A stretch of DNA of 26,232 nt from Gemmatimonadota bacterium. GTDB lineage: Bacteria; Gemmatimonadota; Gemmatimonadetes; Gemmatimonadales; Gemmatimonadaceae. The stretch is from positions 1 to 26,232 of the forward strand of contig JANMLN010000179.1 in the NCBI GenBank assembly GCA_031372565.1. The letters run 5' to 3'. Made by a program: the position numbers and the translations under genes. How positions within the stretch are numbered: position 1 is the first letter of the stretch; every line of letters starts with the position of its first letter. Shown one piece after another: positions 1 to 7,695 of this stretch. The notes under the pieces are model-generated. The model did no database searches. It worked only from the letters and a program-made list of their open reading frames with translations, and had not been told where the DNA came from.

Positions 1-199
1 GATCCCGGACCTGCCGCACGACGACCTCGTGGACCACGGTCACCTCACCCGCACACCGGCTGCACCGTTTCGGCGCCCCGGCCACCGGCGCAAGCTCCAA
101 CACCAGCCGCGGCGGGGTCGCACTCGGCTCGCGCGTCACCCTGACCAGCTCGAAGCCGTCAAAACTCCCGAGAATCGCCGCCAACTCGTCGTGTCCCAT
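1..199 (-). CDS. ISL3-family transposase, N-terminal fragment (not in ORF track)
   Basis: Manual translation from ATG at 199: MGHDELAAILGSFDGFELVRVTREPSATPPRLVLELAPVAGAPKRCSRCAGEVTVVHEVVVRQVRD. The CxxC...H...R.VRD(LP) pattern matches the ISL3 zinc-finger region. RBS GGAGGTG at 204-210. Confidence 0.85.
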   Translation of the reverse strand, partial: MGHDELAAILGSFDGFELVRVTREPSATPPRLVLELAPVAGAPKRCSRCAGEVTVVHEVVVRQVRD

Positions 200-277
200 C
201 CGGCACCTCCGATGCCGACACGATGGCACCCCGAGGGCCGCCTGTCACGCCCAATTCCCGAAATTCCCCGAAGAACC
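1..277 (-). mobile_element. ISL3-family insertion sequence, left end (truncated by window start)
   Basis: Minus strand begins GGTTCTTCGGGGAATTTCGGG at 277, an ISL3-like GG(T/C)TCT end, flanked by AT-rich TTTTTCTC (278-285). It is followed by RBS GGAGGTG and a transposase N-terminus. Confidence 0.85.
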
Positions 278-291
278 TTTTTCTCCGCCAC

Positions 292-1470
292 CTACCGCCG
301 ACTCAACCCCAACACGCTCAAAAAGAAGCTCGCCAGCACCCCCTGCGCACCAAGCACCATGAGCAACGTCGCGGGAATCACCAGCCGCATCGTGCGCCCC
401 ACGTCCATCGCGCCGTACCCGGTGTTCGCCCAACGGCCGAGCGACGCCACCGCCAGCGCGAGTCCTGCGACCAGCACCACGCCGCTCACGACGAGCCCGG
501 TCTCGAGCGTCACGTAGCGATAGAGCCGATCCACGCGCGGATCTGCCGGCACCAGCCCTTCGCGCGCCGCGAACGTCTTCGTGAACACCGCAAACAGGAC
601 GCTCTGCACGCCGAGCAGCACCGCGGCCGCGCCAAAGAGCATCGTGTGCACGTCGAGGCCGAGTCCCGCGACGACGCGCGGGCCCGGCAGCAGCCACGCG
701 ACCACGATCAGGCCCGTCAGTGCGAGCAGCGCGCCCGGTACCAGGAACAGATACCGCGGGCTGTAGAGCAACAGGAACCGCAGGTGCCGCCACCCATCGC
801 GCCAACTGCGCAAGTGCGGCGCACGACTGCGACCGTCGCGATTGAGCGGCGTCGGCACTTCGCTCACGCGCAACCCGGCCAGCACGCTCCGCACGACCAT
901 CTCGCTCGCGAACTCCATCCCGGTCGTCCGCAGATCGAGCGCGACAATCGCGTCGCGGCGGAACGCCCGCAATCCGCAGTGGAAGTCCTTGACCGGCGCG
1001 CGAAAGAACAACCTCCCGATCCCGGTGAGCACCGGGTTCCCCAGGTAACGGTGCAGGGGGGGCATCGCGCCGTCGGCAATCCCGCCCGCAAACCGGTTGC
1101 CCATCACGAGATCATCGCCCGCTCGCAGCCGCTCCACGAACGGCATGAGGCCCATGAAGTCGTACGAGTCGTCGGCATCGCCCATCGCCACGAACCGGCC
1201 GCGTGCCGCGGCAATTCCGCCCATGAGCGCGGCGCCGTATCCTTTCTCCGGCACCGGAACCACGCGGGCGCCGGCGCGTTCAGCGAGGGAACGGGAGTCG
1301 TCGGTGCTCCCGTTGTCCGCGACGAGCACCTCGCCCGCGATTCCATGCTCGGCCAGAAAGCGACACGCCTTGGCCACGCACGTCGCGACCGTCTCTGCCT
1401 CGTTGAGGCACGGCATCACGATCGACAGTTCCACCGCGCCATCCGCGCGCTCTTCCCTGACTCCGGCCAT
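292..1470 (-). CDS. Glycosyltransferase family 2 (DPM1/polyprenol-phosphate glycosyltransferase-like) with C-terminal TM helices
   Basis: Motifs ELSIVMPCLNEAETV, VADNGSTD, GYGAAL, GDADDSYD (DxD) and DFHCGLRAF, plus about 4 hydrophobic C-terminal segments. Start is ATG 1470 or GTG 1434. Confidence 0.9.
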   Translation of the reverse strand: MAGVREERADGAVELSIVMPCLNEAETVATCVAKACRFLAEHGIAGEVLVADNGSTDDSRSLAERAGARVVPVPEKGYGAALMGGIAAARGRFVAMGDADDSYDFMGLMPFVERLRAGDDLVMGNRFAGGIADGAMPPLHRYLGNPVLTGIGRLFFRAPVKDFHCGLRAFRRDAIVALDLRTTGMEFASEMVVRSVLAGLRVSEVPTPLNRDGRSRAPHLRSWRDGWRHLRFLLLYSPRYLFLVPGALLALTGLIVVAWLLPGPRVVAGLGLDVHTMLFGAAAVLLGVQSVLFAVFTKTFAAREGLVPADPRVDRLYRYVTLETGLVVSGVVLVAGLALAVASLGRWANTGYGAMDVGRTMRLVIPATLLMVLGAQGVLASFFLSVLGLSRR

Positions 1471-1933
1471 GCCCGAACTTAACCGCGTCGCTCCCGACTT
1501 CTCGCTCCCCGCCGACGATGGCAGCACGGTCCGCCTCAAGACCCTGCGCGGCCAGCCCGTTGTCCTCTACTTCTACCCGAAGGACGACACCACGGGGTGC
1601 ACGGCCCAAGCCTGCGAATTTCGCGACCTGTTCCCGCGCTTCAAGAAGTCCAAGGCGGTGATCCTCGGCGTCTCTCCCGACCCGGTCAAGAGCCACGTCA
1701 AGTTCAAGACCAAGTACGATCTGCCCTTCGCGCTGCTCGCCGACGAACTGCACGAAGTCTGCGAGTTGTACGGCGTCTGGAAGGAGAAGTCGATGTACGG
1801 GCGCAAGTACATGGGGGTCGAGCGCTCCACCTTTCTCATCGATGCCAAGGGGAAGCTCGCCAAGGCGTGGATCAAGGTGACGCCCAAGGGACATGCCGAC
1901 GAGGTGGCGGCCGCGATCGCGGAGCTCGAATAG
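1469..1933 (+). CDS. bcp: Thioredoxin-dependent peroxiredoxin Bcp/PrxQ
   Basis: APDFSL...VVLYFYPKDDTTGCTAQACEFRD (PxxxTxxC with CxxxxC) and YMGVERSTFLID. The start was moved to ATG 1469 (154 aa). Confidence 0.95.
   Translation: MPELNRVAPDFSLPADDGSTVRLKTLRGQPVVLYFYPKDDTTGCTAQACEFRDLFPRFKKSKAVILGVSPDPVKSHVKFKTKYDLPFALLADELHEVCELYGVWKEKSMYGRKYMGVERSTFLIDAKGKLAKAWIKVTPKGHADEVAAAIAELE
1476..1481 (-). promoter_or_regulatory. Putative -10 box TAAGTT for the GT2 gene, inside bcp
   Basis: Minus strand reads TAAGTT-cgggc-ATG(1470). The same hexamer occurs in promoter candidates at 14081 and 14299. Confidence 0.45.
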
Positions 1934-1954
1934 CCGTGCGTTGGACGCCAGCCC

Positions 1955-3124
1955 TCAGCCGTCCTTGAACCCCAGGTCCCTCGGCTTGGGCGGCGTCGGC
2001 ATCGGCGTCTTGGGGGCCAACGCCTTCACCTGGCGCATGCCGGCCGCGTGAATCGCCTGCGCCTCGCGGGCCAAAAATCCGCCGCCGCCCAGTGCCGCGA
2101 GCCCCAGCAGCGCGAACACGATCGTCCACGCGAAGTCGGTCCAGTGGAGCGACGAGGCGAGTCGCGCGCGAAACGGCTCGGCGGGATCCAGCAGCACCTG
2201 ATGCAGGCTGCCGTAATCCACCTTGTCACTGTCCGCTTCGGCCTTCGCCCGGTCGGCGTGCCAGTCGCCGGCAGTCACGAGGACCGCGCTTCCGGTCGCT
2301 GACCGCTCAACCGCCATGAGGGCATCGACGGAGTAGAGCGTCTTCCCCGAGCGCTCCACGTCCACGATGCTCACCCCCACCGACGACGCGTCCGCGCGTC
2401 GCCACGCCGACCGTTGCGCGAGTTCGGGCCGCGCCACGCCGTAGCCGGCACCGCAGAGCGCGAGTCCGGCAACGCCGAGCGTGAGCGCGCCGAACCGGAC
2501 GCGCCGCACCTTCTTGCGCAGCTTCGCGTTCGTCTTCTTGGCCACGATCGCTTCCTGACGGCGCTTCTCCGCTGCCTCGGTCGCGCGGGCAATCCAGTCC
2601 ATGTCCGGCAACGGTCCGCCCATCGGCAGCGGCTCGGGCTCGGCGTTGGCGGCGCGGATCTCGTCGAACCGCTCGCTCGTGCGCACGATGCCCACGATCA
2701 CCAGCAGCAGCCCCGAGAGCGCCAGCAGGGCCGGCCACACGAAGCGCGCAAACGGTTCGCGCGCGTCCATGTCGAGTTCGCCCGGATCCTGGGGGTTGAA
2801 GCGCACCACGCGCGCCGCCCCCACCGGCCATTGCGTCAATCGATCGAGCACCGCAGCCGGCGTGCCGAGCGCCACGTCATCGCGCGCCGGCGACACGTAC
2901 TTGATCCCCTGCAAGGCGTACGAGAAATCCACTTCGCCGCGATAGCCCGCCGGGTCGCCAATGACGCGCCGACCCGCGACCGTCGCGCGCGTCTCCGGCC
3001 ACTCCGACAGTCGCTTGGCCTTGCCCCACACCTGCCAACTCGCGAAGCCGACCGCCGCCAGTCCCGCGACATAGAGACCGATCGTGAATGCGCCCAGATG
3101 CTTGATCAATGGCTTGGTGCTCAC
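1955..3124 (-). CDS. Membrane protein with two DUF3592-like (TM-beta domain-TM) repeats
   Basis: TM-WPETRATV...FSYALQGIKY...VRFNPQDP-TM, then a second TM-WRRADA...VLLDPAEP-TM unit. GTG start with RBS GGAGG. Confidence 0.7.
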   Translation of the reverse strand: MSTKPLIKHLGAFTIGLYVAGLAAVGFASWQVWGKAKRLSEWPETRATVAGRRVIGDPAGYRGEVDFSYALQGIKYVSPARDDVALGTPAAVLDRLTQWPVGAARVVRFNPQDPGELDMDAREPFARFVWPALLALSGLLLVIVGIVRTSERFDEIRAANAEPEPLPMGGPLPDMDWIARATEAAEKRRQEAIVAKKTNAKLRKKVRRVRFGALTLGVAGLALCGAGYGVARPELAQRSAWRRADASSVGVSIVDVERSGKTLYSVDALMAVERSATGSAVLVTAGDWHADRAKAEADSDKVDYGSLHQVLLDPAEPFRARLASSLHWTDFAWTIVFALLGLAALGGGGFLAREAQAIHAAGMRQVKALAPKTPMPTPPKPRDLGFKDG

Positions 3125-3197
3125 CCTAGACCTCCCTCTGCCAACTCGGCATATTCACGAGCACAGCTGGCTGATGACCCCCGAATTCGCGATCCCC

Positions 3198-4304
3198 ATG
3201 AGCACTGCCGCCGACACCCTGCTCAAGACGCCATTCCACGCCGCGCATGTCGGCCTCGGTGCAAAGATGGTCCCGTTTGCCGGCTACGAAATGCCGGTGC
3301 AGTACCCTACCGGGATCACGGCGGAACACAAGGCGGTGCGCGAAGCTTGCGGCCTCTTCGACGTGAGCCACATGGGGGAATTTCTCATCCGGGGGCCGGG
3401 GGCGCAGGGGTTCGTCAGCTTCGTCACCACCAACGACGTCGCGGCGCTCGCCGTGGGCCAGGTGCACTACTCGGCCATCTGCAACGAACGCGGCACCTTC
3501 GAAGACGACTGCCTCGTCTACCGGTACGACGATCATTACATGATGGTCGTGAACGGATCCAACAAGGACAAGGATCTCGCGCACATCCTCCGCTATCACG
3601 GGGGGTTCGACTGCACGGTCGAGGATCGCACCGCCGAGGTCGCGCTGCTGGCCCTGCAGGGCCCCAAGGCGCAGGGGGTGCTGCAGCCGTTGGTGGACAT
3701 CGACCTGGAGTCGATCAAGTACTACTGGTTTCAAGAGGGGCATGTGGCCGGCATCGCGGCCACGATCTCGAGGACCGGCTACACCGGCGAGGACGGCTTC
3801 GAGCTCTACTTCGACGCGGCGCACGCCGACACGGTCTGGAATGCGTTGCTGGCCACCGGCGCCGTCACTCCCACCGGGCTTGGCTGTCGCGACTCGCTGC
3901 GCCTCGAGATGGGGATGGCGCTCTACGGCAACGACATCGACGACACCGTCACGCCGCTCGAGGCACAGCTCGGGTGGCTGGTCAAGATGAAGAAGGGCGA
4001 TTTCGTGGGCCGCGCCGCACTCGAGGCGCAGAAGGCGGCCGGCGTGCCCCGTGCGCTCGTCGGCTTCACGAGCGATGAACGCGTCTTCCCGCGGCACGGC
4101 TACCCGGTCTTCGTCGACGGTGCGCCGAGTGGCGTCGTCTGTTCGGGGACGATGAGTCCCTCGGTCGGCTTGCCGATCGGCACCTGCTATGTGCCGTTCG
4201 CCCGCAAGGCGCCGGGCACCCCCATCGAGATCGAGGTGCGTGGCAAGCGTGTGAGTGCGCGCACCACCGCACTCCCGTTCTGGACCCAGGGGTCGCGTCG
4301 GTAG
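3198..4304 (+). CDS. gcvT: Glycine cleavage system aminomethyltransferase T
   Basis: LLKTPFH...GAKMVPFAGYEMPVQY, GLFDVSHMGE, SRTGYTGEDGFE and GLGCRDSLRLEMG. Confidence 0.97.
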   Translation: MSTAADTLLKTPFHAAHVGLGAKMVPFAGYEMPVQYPTGITAEHKAVREACGLFDVSHMGEFLIRGPGAQGFVSFVTTNDVAALAVGQVHYSAICNERGTFEDDCLVYRYDDHYMMVVNGSNKDKDLAHILRYHGGFDCTVEDRTAEVALLALQGPKAQGVLQPLVDIDLESIKYYWFQEGHVAGIAATISRTGYTGEDGFELYFDAAHADTVWNALLATGAVTPTGLGCRDSLRLEMGMALYGNDIDDTVTPLEAQLGWLVKMKKGDFVGRAALEAQKAAGVPRALVGFTSDERVFPRHGYPVFVDGAPSGVVCSGTMSPSVGLPIGTCYVPFARKAPGTPIEIEVRGKRVSARTTALPFWTQGSRR

Positions 4305-4327
4305 TCCTGCATCCGGATCCGCGCGCC

Positions 4328-4840
4328 ATGCGCATCGCGATTCTCACCGTGTCGGACGCGCTCGCCTCGGGCGCGCGTCGCGATGACCGCTCGGGCGATG
4401 CCATCGCGACCTGGGCCGCCGTGCACGATCACGAGGTCGTGGCGCGTGCCGCCGTACCCGACGGCACCGTGGAGATCGTGCGGCACCTGCTCCGGTGGTG
4501 TGACGCCGACATGGCCGATGTCGTGTTCACCACGGGGGGGACCGGGGTGTCACCGCGCGACGTGACCCCGGAGGCCACGCAGGCCGTCCTCGATGTCGAG
4601 ATGCCGGGATTGGTCGAGCTCATGCGCATCCCGAAGCTCGCGACCTTTCCCCGTGCGGCGCTCTCGCGCGCGCGTGCGGGGGTGCGGCGTCGTGCCCTCA
4701 TCGTCAACCTCCCCGGCGCCCCGTCCGGCGTGACCGAAGGGCTCGGCGCGCTTGCGTCGATCCTCGCGCACGCCAGCCGGATCGCGCGGGGCGAGTCCAC
4801 CGATCACTCCGGCGCGCTCGATGCGCCATCGCTCCGATGA
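4328..4840 (+). CDS. mog: MogA/MoaB-family molybdenum cofactor biosynthesis protein
   Basis: ILTVSD...DRSG, TTGGTGVSPRDVTPEAT, LSRARAG and LIVNLPG. Confidence 0.9.
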   Translation: MRIAILTVSDALASGARRDDRSGDAIATWAAVHDHEVVARAAVPDGTVEIVRHLLRWCDADMADVVFTTGGTGVSPRDVTPEATQAVLDVEMPGLVELMRIPKLATFPRAALSRARAGVRRRALIVNLPGAPSGVTEGLGALASILAHASRIARGESTDHSGALDAPSLR

Positions 4841-6420
4841 AAGTCCTGATCACGCTCACCGATCTCGAGCCGGCCGTGCGGCTCAACGCCCTGCTCGAGC
4901 AGCAGGGGGGCGGGACGATCACGGAGCTGGTCTCCCCGATGGACGACGCGCGCGCCGCGCTGCGCCGGCTCGGTCCCGACGTCGTCGTGATCACCGGCGC
5001 CCTGATGGACGCGCAGCACGTGGCGCTGGTGCGAGAGCTGCTGTGGGACGAGGTGCCGGTCATCGGCCTGGCCGACATCCTCGACGATGACATCAACCTC
5101 CGGCTGCACGGCGTCGGCTATGCCGAAGTCCTGGGCAAGCCGGTGCTCCCCGCCGACATCGCCGCCGTGGTGCGGCGGGTGGCCGAACGACGGGAGGTGG
5201 CCCAGTCGACGGGGCTGGTGGGGGACAGTCAGGCCATTCGCCAGGTGCTGGTCAAGATCGAGCAGATGGCACCGGTCACGAGCACCGTGCTGATCGAGGG
5301 CGAGAGTGGGACGGGCAAGGAGTTGGTGGCCCGGGCCATCCACCAGCGGAGTCCGCGCAAGGCCAAGCCGTTCATCGCGGTCAACGTGGGGGCCCTGCCG
5401 GAGACGTTGCTCGAGAGCGAACTGTTCGGCCACGAGAAGGGGGCGTTTACGGGGGCGGCCGAGCGCCGGTTGGGCCGGTTCGAGCTGGCGCACACGGGGA
5501 CGTTGTTTCTCGACGAGATCGGCGAGATCCCGACGTCGACGCAGGTCAAGCTGCTGCGCGTGCTCGAGGAGCGGGAAGTGACGCGCGTCGGCGGCACGGC
5601 GGCCATTCCGGTGGATGTGCGCGTCGTGGCGGCCACGAACCGGCCGTTGCGCGAGCATGTGGAGCGGGGGCACTTCCGCGCCGACCTGTACTACCGGCTG
5701 AACGTGCTCGGGATCTACCTGCCGCCGCTGCGCGAGCGGCGCGATGACATCCCGCTCCTGGTGCGCCGGTTCGTTCGCGAGGTGACCGCTCGGCACGACC
5801 GCGCCTTTCACGGGATTTCGGGGGACGCGATCGAGATGCTCGTGCACTACCCGTGGCCGGGCAATGTGCGCGAGCTCAAGAACCTGATCGAGAGCATGGT
5901 GGTGCTCGCTCCGGGGCGGGAGATTCGCGCGGACGACATTCCGGCGTCCATCCGGGAGGGGGCAGGGGCGCGGTTCCTGCCGGTGCATGTGGGGCCGGTC
6001 GTTCGCGGCGCGGAGGGGTCGCAGGGGCGCGAACTCGAGTTCATCGTGCGCTCCCTGGTCGAGCTCAAGCTGCAGGTCGAGGAGCTGCGTCGGCGCGCGG
6101 ATGACGATCGCGAGCGTGCCGCCCGGAAGGATGGGTCGTCTGGTGGGGTGACTGGGGCCGGGTGGGTGGGGGAGCTGCGTGCCGTCGGCACCGGTGGGGC
6201 GGGGGGGATCGAGGCGCCCGGGGCGCCGCCGCCGCCGAACGTGGTGACGGTGACCCCGGGGATGACGATGGCCGAGATCGAGCGCGCGTCGATCGAGGCA
6301 GCGCTCAAGGAGACGCGGGGGAACAGGCGGAAGGCGGCCGAAATGCTCGGGATCGGGGAGCGGACGATGTATAGAAAGTTGAAGGAGTACCATCTCGACG
6401 GCGAGGTCGAACAGGACTAA
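4837..6420 (+). CDS. Sigma-54-dependent enhancer-binding transcriptional activator (degenerate REC - AAA+ - Fis HTH)
   Basis: Walker A GESGTGKE, ESELFGHEKGAFTGA, Walker B LFLDEI, FRADLYYRLNV, WPGNVREL and C-terminal GNRRKAAEMLGIGERTMYRKL. ATGA overlap with mog. Confidence 0.95.
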   Translation: MKVLITLTDLEPAVRLNALLEQQGGGTITELVSPMDDARAALRRLGPDVVVITGALMDAQHVALVRELLWDEVPVIGLADILDDDINLRLHGVGYAEVLGKPVLPADIAAVVRRVAERREVAQSTGLVGDSQAIRQVLVKIEQMAPVTSTVLIEGESGTGKELVARAIHQRSPRKAKPFIAVNVGALPETLLESELFGHEKGAFTGAAERRLGRFELAHTGTLFLDEIGEIPTSTQVKLLRVLEEREVTRVGGTAAIPVDVRVVAATNRPLREHVERGHFRADLYYRLNVLGIYLPPLRERRDDIPLLVRRFVREVTARHDRAFHGISGDAIEMLVHYPWPGNVRELKNLIESMVVLAPGREIRADDIPASIREGAGARFLPVHVGPVVRGAEGSQGRELEFIVRSLVELKLQVEELRRRADDDRERAARKDGSSGGVTGAGWVGELRAVGTGGAGGIEAPGAPPPPNVVTVTPGMTMAEIERASIEAALKETRGNRRKAAEMLGIGERTMYRKLKEYHLDGEVEQD

Positions 6421-6440
6421 ATGACCGAAAACACCCTATC

Positions 6441-6469
6441 TTGCGCCTGTAGGAGTCTCCCTACATATT
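6441..6469 (+). promoter_or_regulatory. Putative sigma70-type promoter with internal inverted repeat
   Basis: TTGCGC-N17-CATATT. The palindrome TGTAGG-N6-CCTACA (6448-6465) overlaps the spacer and -10. Confidence 0.45.
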
Positions 6470-6556
6470 CGCGCCGTCTCATAACGCGTCAGTTGCGTTA
6501 CGTGGCGCGTAACGGTCGATTCGTCTGCTGTTTTCATCTGCGAGCGGAGGTGAGCC

Positions 6557-7297
6557 ATGGCGTTGCCGGCTGATGCGGGCGGCAAGTCGGTGTCACCGAT
6601 CGCCGGGAGTGTGTTTCCGGTGTCCGCGGCGGAGGAGTTGCTCTCGTCGTTGGCGGGGGTGATGAGTTCGCGGATCGTGACGACGGGGAACGGGCAGTTG
6701 GAGGCGATCCACGTGCTCACGAGCGCGGAGATCCCGCCGAAGCAGACGGTGCGGAATGTCGAGAGTGCGCTGATGGCGCACTTCGGGATGAAGGTTGACC
6801 ACCGGAAGATCTCGGTCGCGACGTCGGTGGAACCCGCAAAGGCGTGGAAGTCGGGTGGTGGTGGCGGGAGTGGGAGCGGGGCGTTGGAGGCTGAGGAGTT
6901 GGGGGTGCGTCGGCGGCTGTACTTCGAGGATGTCGAGGTGCGTCGCTCGCGGACCAAGGGAGTGACGGTGCGTGTGACGTTGCGCCGTGGTGACGAGGTG
7001 GTGGCGGGTGAGGCGGAGGGGGTCGAGCACGACCGCGCCTGGATCGATCTGGCGGCGCAGGCGGCGCTCTCGGCGATCGGCAAGGTGGACGGGTCCGACG
7101 CGGTGCCGCTGGCCTTGTATGGTGCGAAGCTGGTGGAGGCGTTCGAGCGCGAGTTCGTGTTCGTGGGGGTGACGGTCAAGCTCGGGCGCGACACGATGTT
7201 GTTGACGGGCAGTTGCGAGGTTCGGGAGAGTTCGGAGACGGCGAGCGTGCTGGCCGTGCTGGATGCGACGAACAGATGGATGACGCACCACGCGTGA
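6557..7297 (+). CDS. Hypothetical protein: small N-terminal domain, Gly/Ser linker, LeuA allosteric (regulatory) domain-like C-terminus
   Basis: RBS GGAGGTGA 4 nt before ATG. N-domain IHVL...KQTVRNVESAL...DHRKISVA. C-domain has two beta-beta-beta-alpha units ending AAQAALSAI and ASVLAVLDATNR, like the isopropylmalate synthase regulatory domain. Confidence 0.75.
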   Translation: MALPADAGGKSVSPIAGSVFPVSAAEELLSSLAGVMSSRIVTTGNGQLEAIHVLTSAEIPPKQTVRNVESALMAHFGMKVDHRKISVATSVEPAKAWKSGGGGGSGSGALEAEELGVRRRLYFEDVEVRRSRTKGVTVRVTLRRGDEVVAGEAEGVEHDRAWIDLAAQAALSAIGKVDGSDAVPLALYGAKLVEAFEREFVFVGVTVKLGRDTMLLTGSCEVRESSETASVLAVLDATNRWMTHHA

Positions 7298-7338
7298 GCT
7301 GACGTGCAGTAGTTCGAACAGAAAGGGATGATCCTGAT

Positions 7339-7363
7339 GAGCCTGGCCGACGCGGTCAGGCTC
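7339..7363 (+). terminator. Stem-loop (weak terminator or mRNA-stabilising hairpin)
   Basis: GAGCCTGGCCG-ACG-CGGTCAGGCTC, 11 bp with one G-U and only a weak U tract. Confidence 0.5.
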
Positions 7364-7444
7364 TCGGTGTCTCAGGACCAGCGATCTGGCTTCCTTTCAC
7401 GAGGTTCCACAAGCGCGGAGAAGTACAGCAGAAATGTGACCCCC

Positions 7445-7571
7445 CGTCCTCAGCTCTGAAGCGGAGATGAGCTGAGTACGAGGCCAACTCGGGCCAGCAC
7501 GACGAGCGGAGCCCACCCTTGGTGGTAGCACGGACCTGCGAGCGCAGGCGTGACTCCAACGAAGGAGGTGA
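7445..7571 (+). promoter_or_regulatory. Structured 5' leader upstream of the small-peptide RBS
   Basis: Hairpins CTCAGCTC/GAGCTGAG (7449-7476), CCACC-CTT-GGTGG (7513-7525) and CACG-GA-CCTGC-GAGC-GCAGG-CGTG (7529-7552). The latter two are closed by GGAG/CTCC. RBS AAGGAGGTGA at 7562-7571. Confidence 0.4.
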
Positions 7572-7577
7572 CGCGCA

Positions 7578-7649
7578 ATGACGTTCTTTTTCGGTCTGAT
7601 TGCCAGCTGTATCGGCAAGATGTTTGGAGACAGCAGCGTGTGGTTGTAG
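7578..7649 (+). CDS. Small 23-aa peptide MTFFFGLIASCIGKMFGDSSVWL (below ORF-track cutoff)
   Basis: Extended Shine-Dalgarno AAGGAGGTGA 6 nt upstream of ATG, clean frame to TAG, located directly upstream of the HD-GYP gene. Confidence 0.7.
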   Translation: MTFFFGLIASCIGKMFGDSSVWL

Positions 7650-7695
7650 CTGTGGGCGGGGGTCCACACACCATGAAGAACGCAAATCCCAAATC

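Noticed and set aside
3125..3197. Glycine riboswitch upstream of gcvT
   Set aside because: The spacer is only about 73 nt, is shared with a divergent gene and lacks the GGAGA...CCGAAG/CTCTCAGG consensus.
7334..7370. Hammerhead ribozyme (CTGATGA followed by a stem)
   Set aside because: The required GAAA after stem II is absent (TCTCGG follows), and no stems I/III were found.
6421..7577. Sigma-54 (-24/-12) promoter for the adjacent activator
   Set aside because: No TGGCAC-N5-TTGC match upstream of 6557 or 7578; TGGCGC at 6503 lacks the -12 element.
7600..7695. Cys-rich N-terminal extension of the HD-GYP ORF (CGCSCG)
   Set aside because: It depends on a TTG start with no RBS and overlaps the better-supported peptide ORF in another frame.
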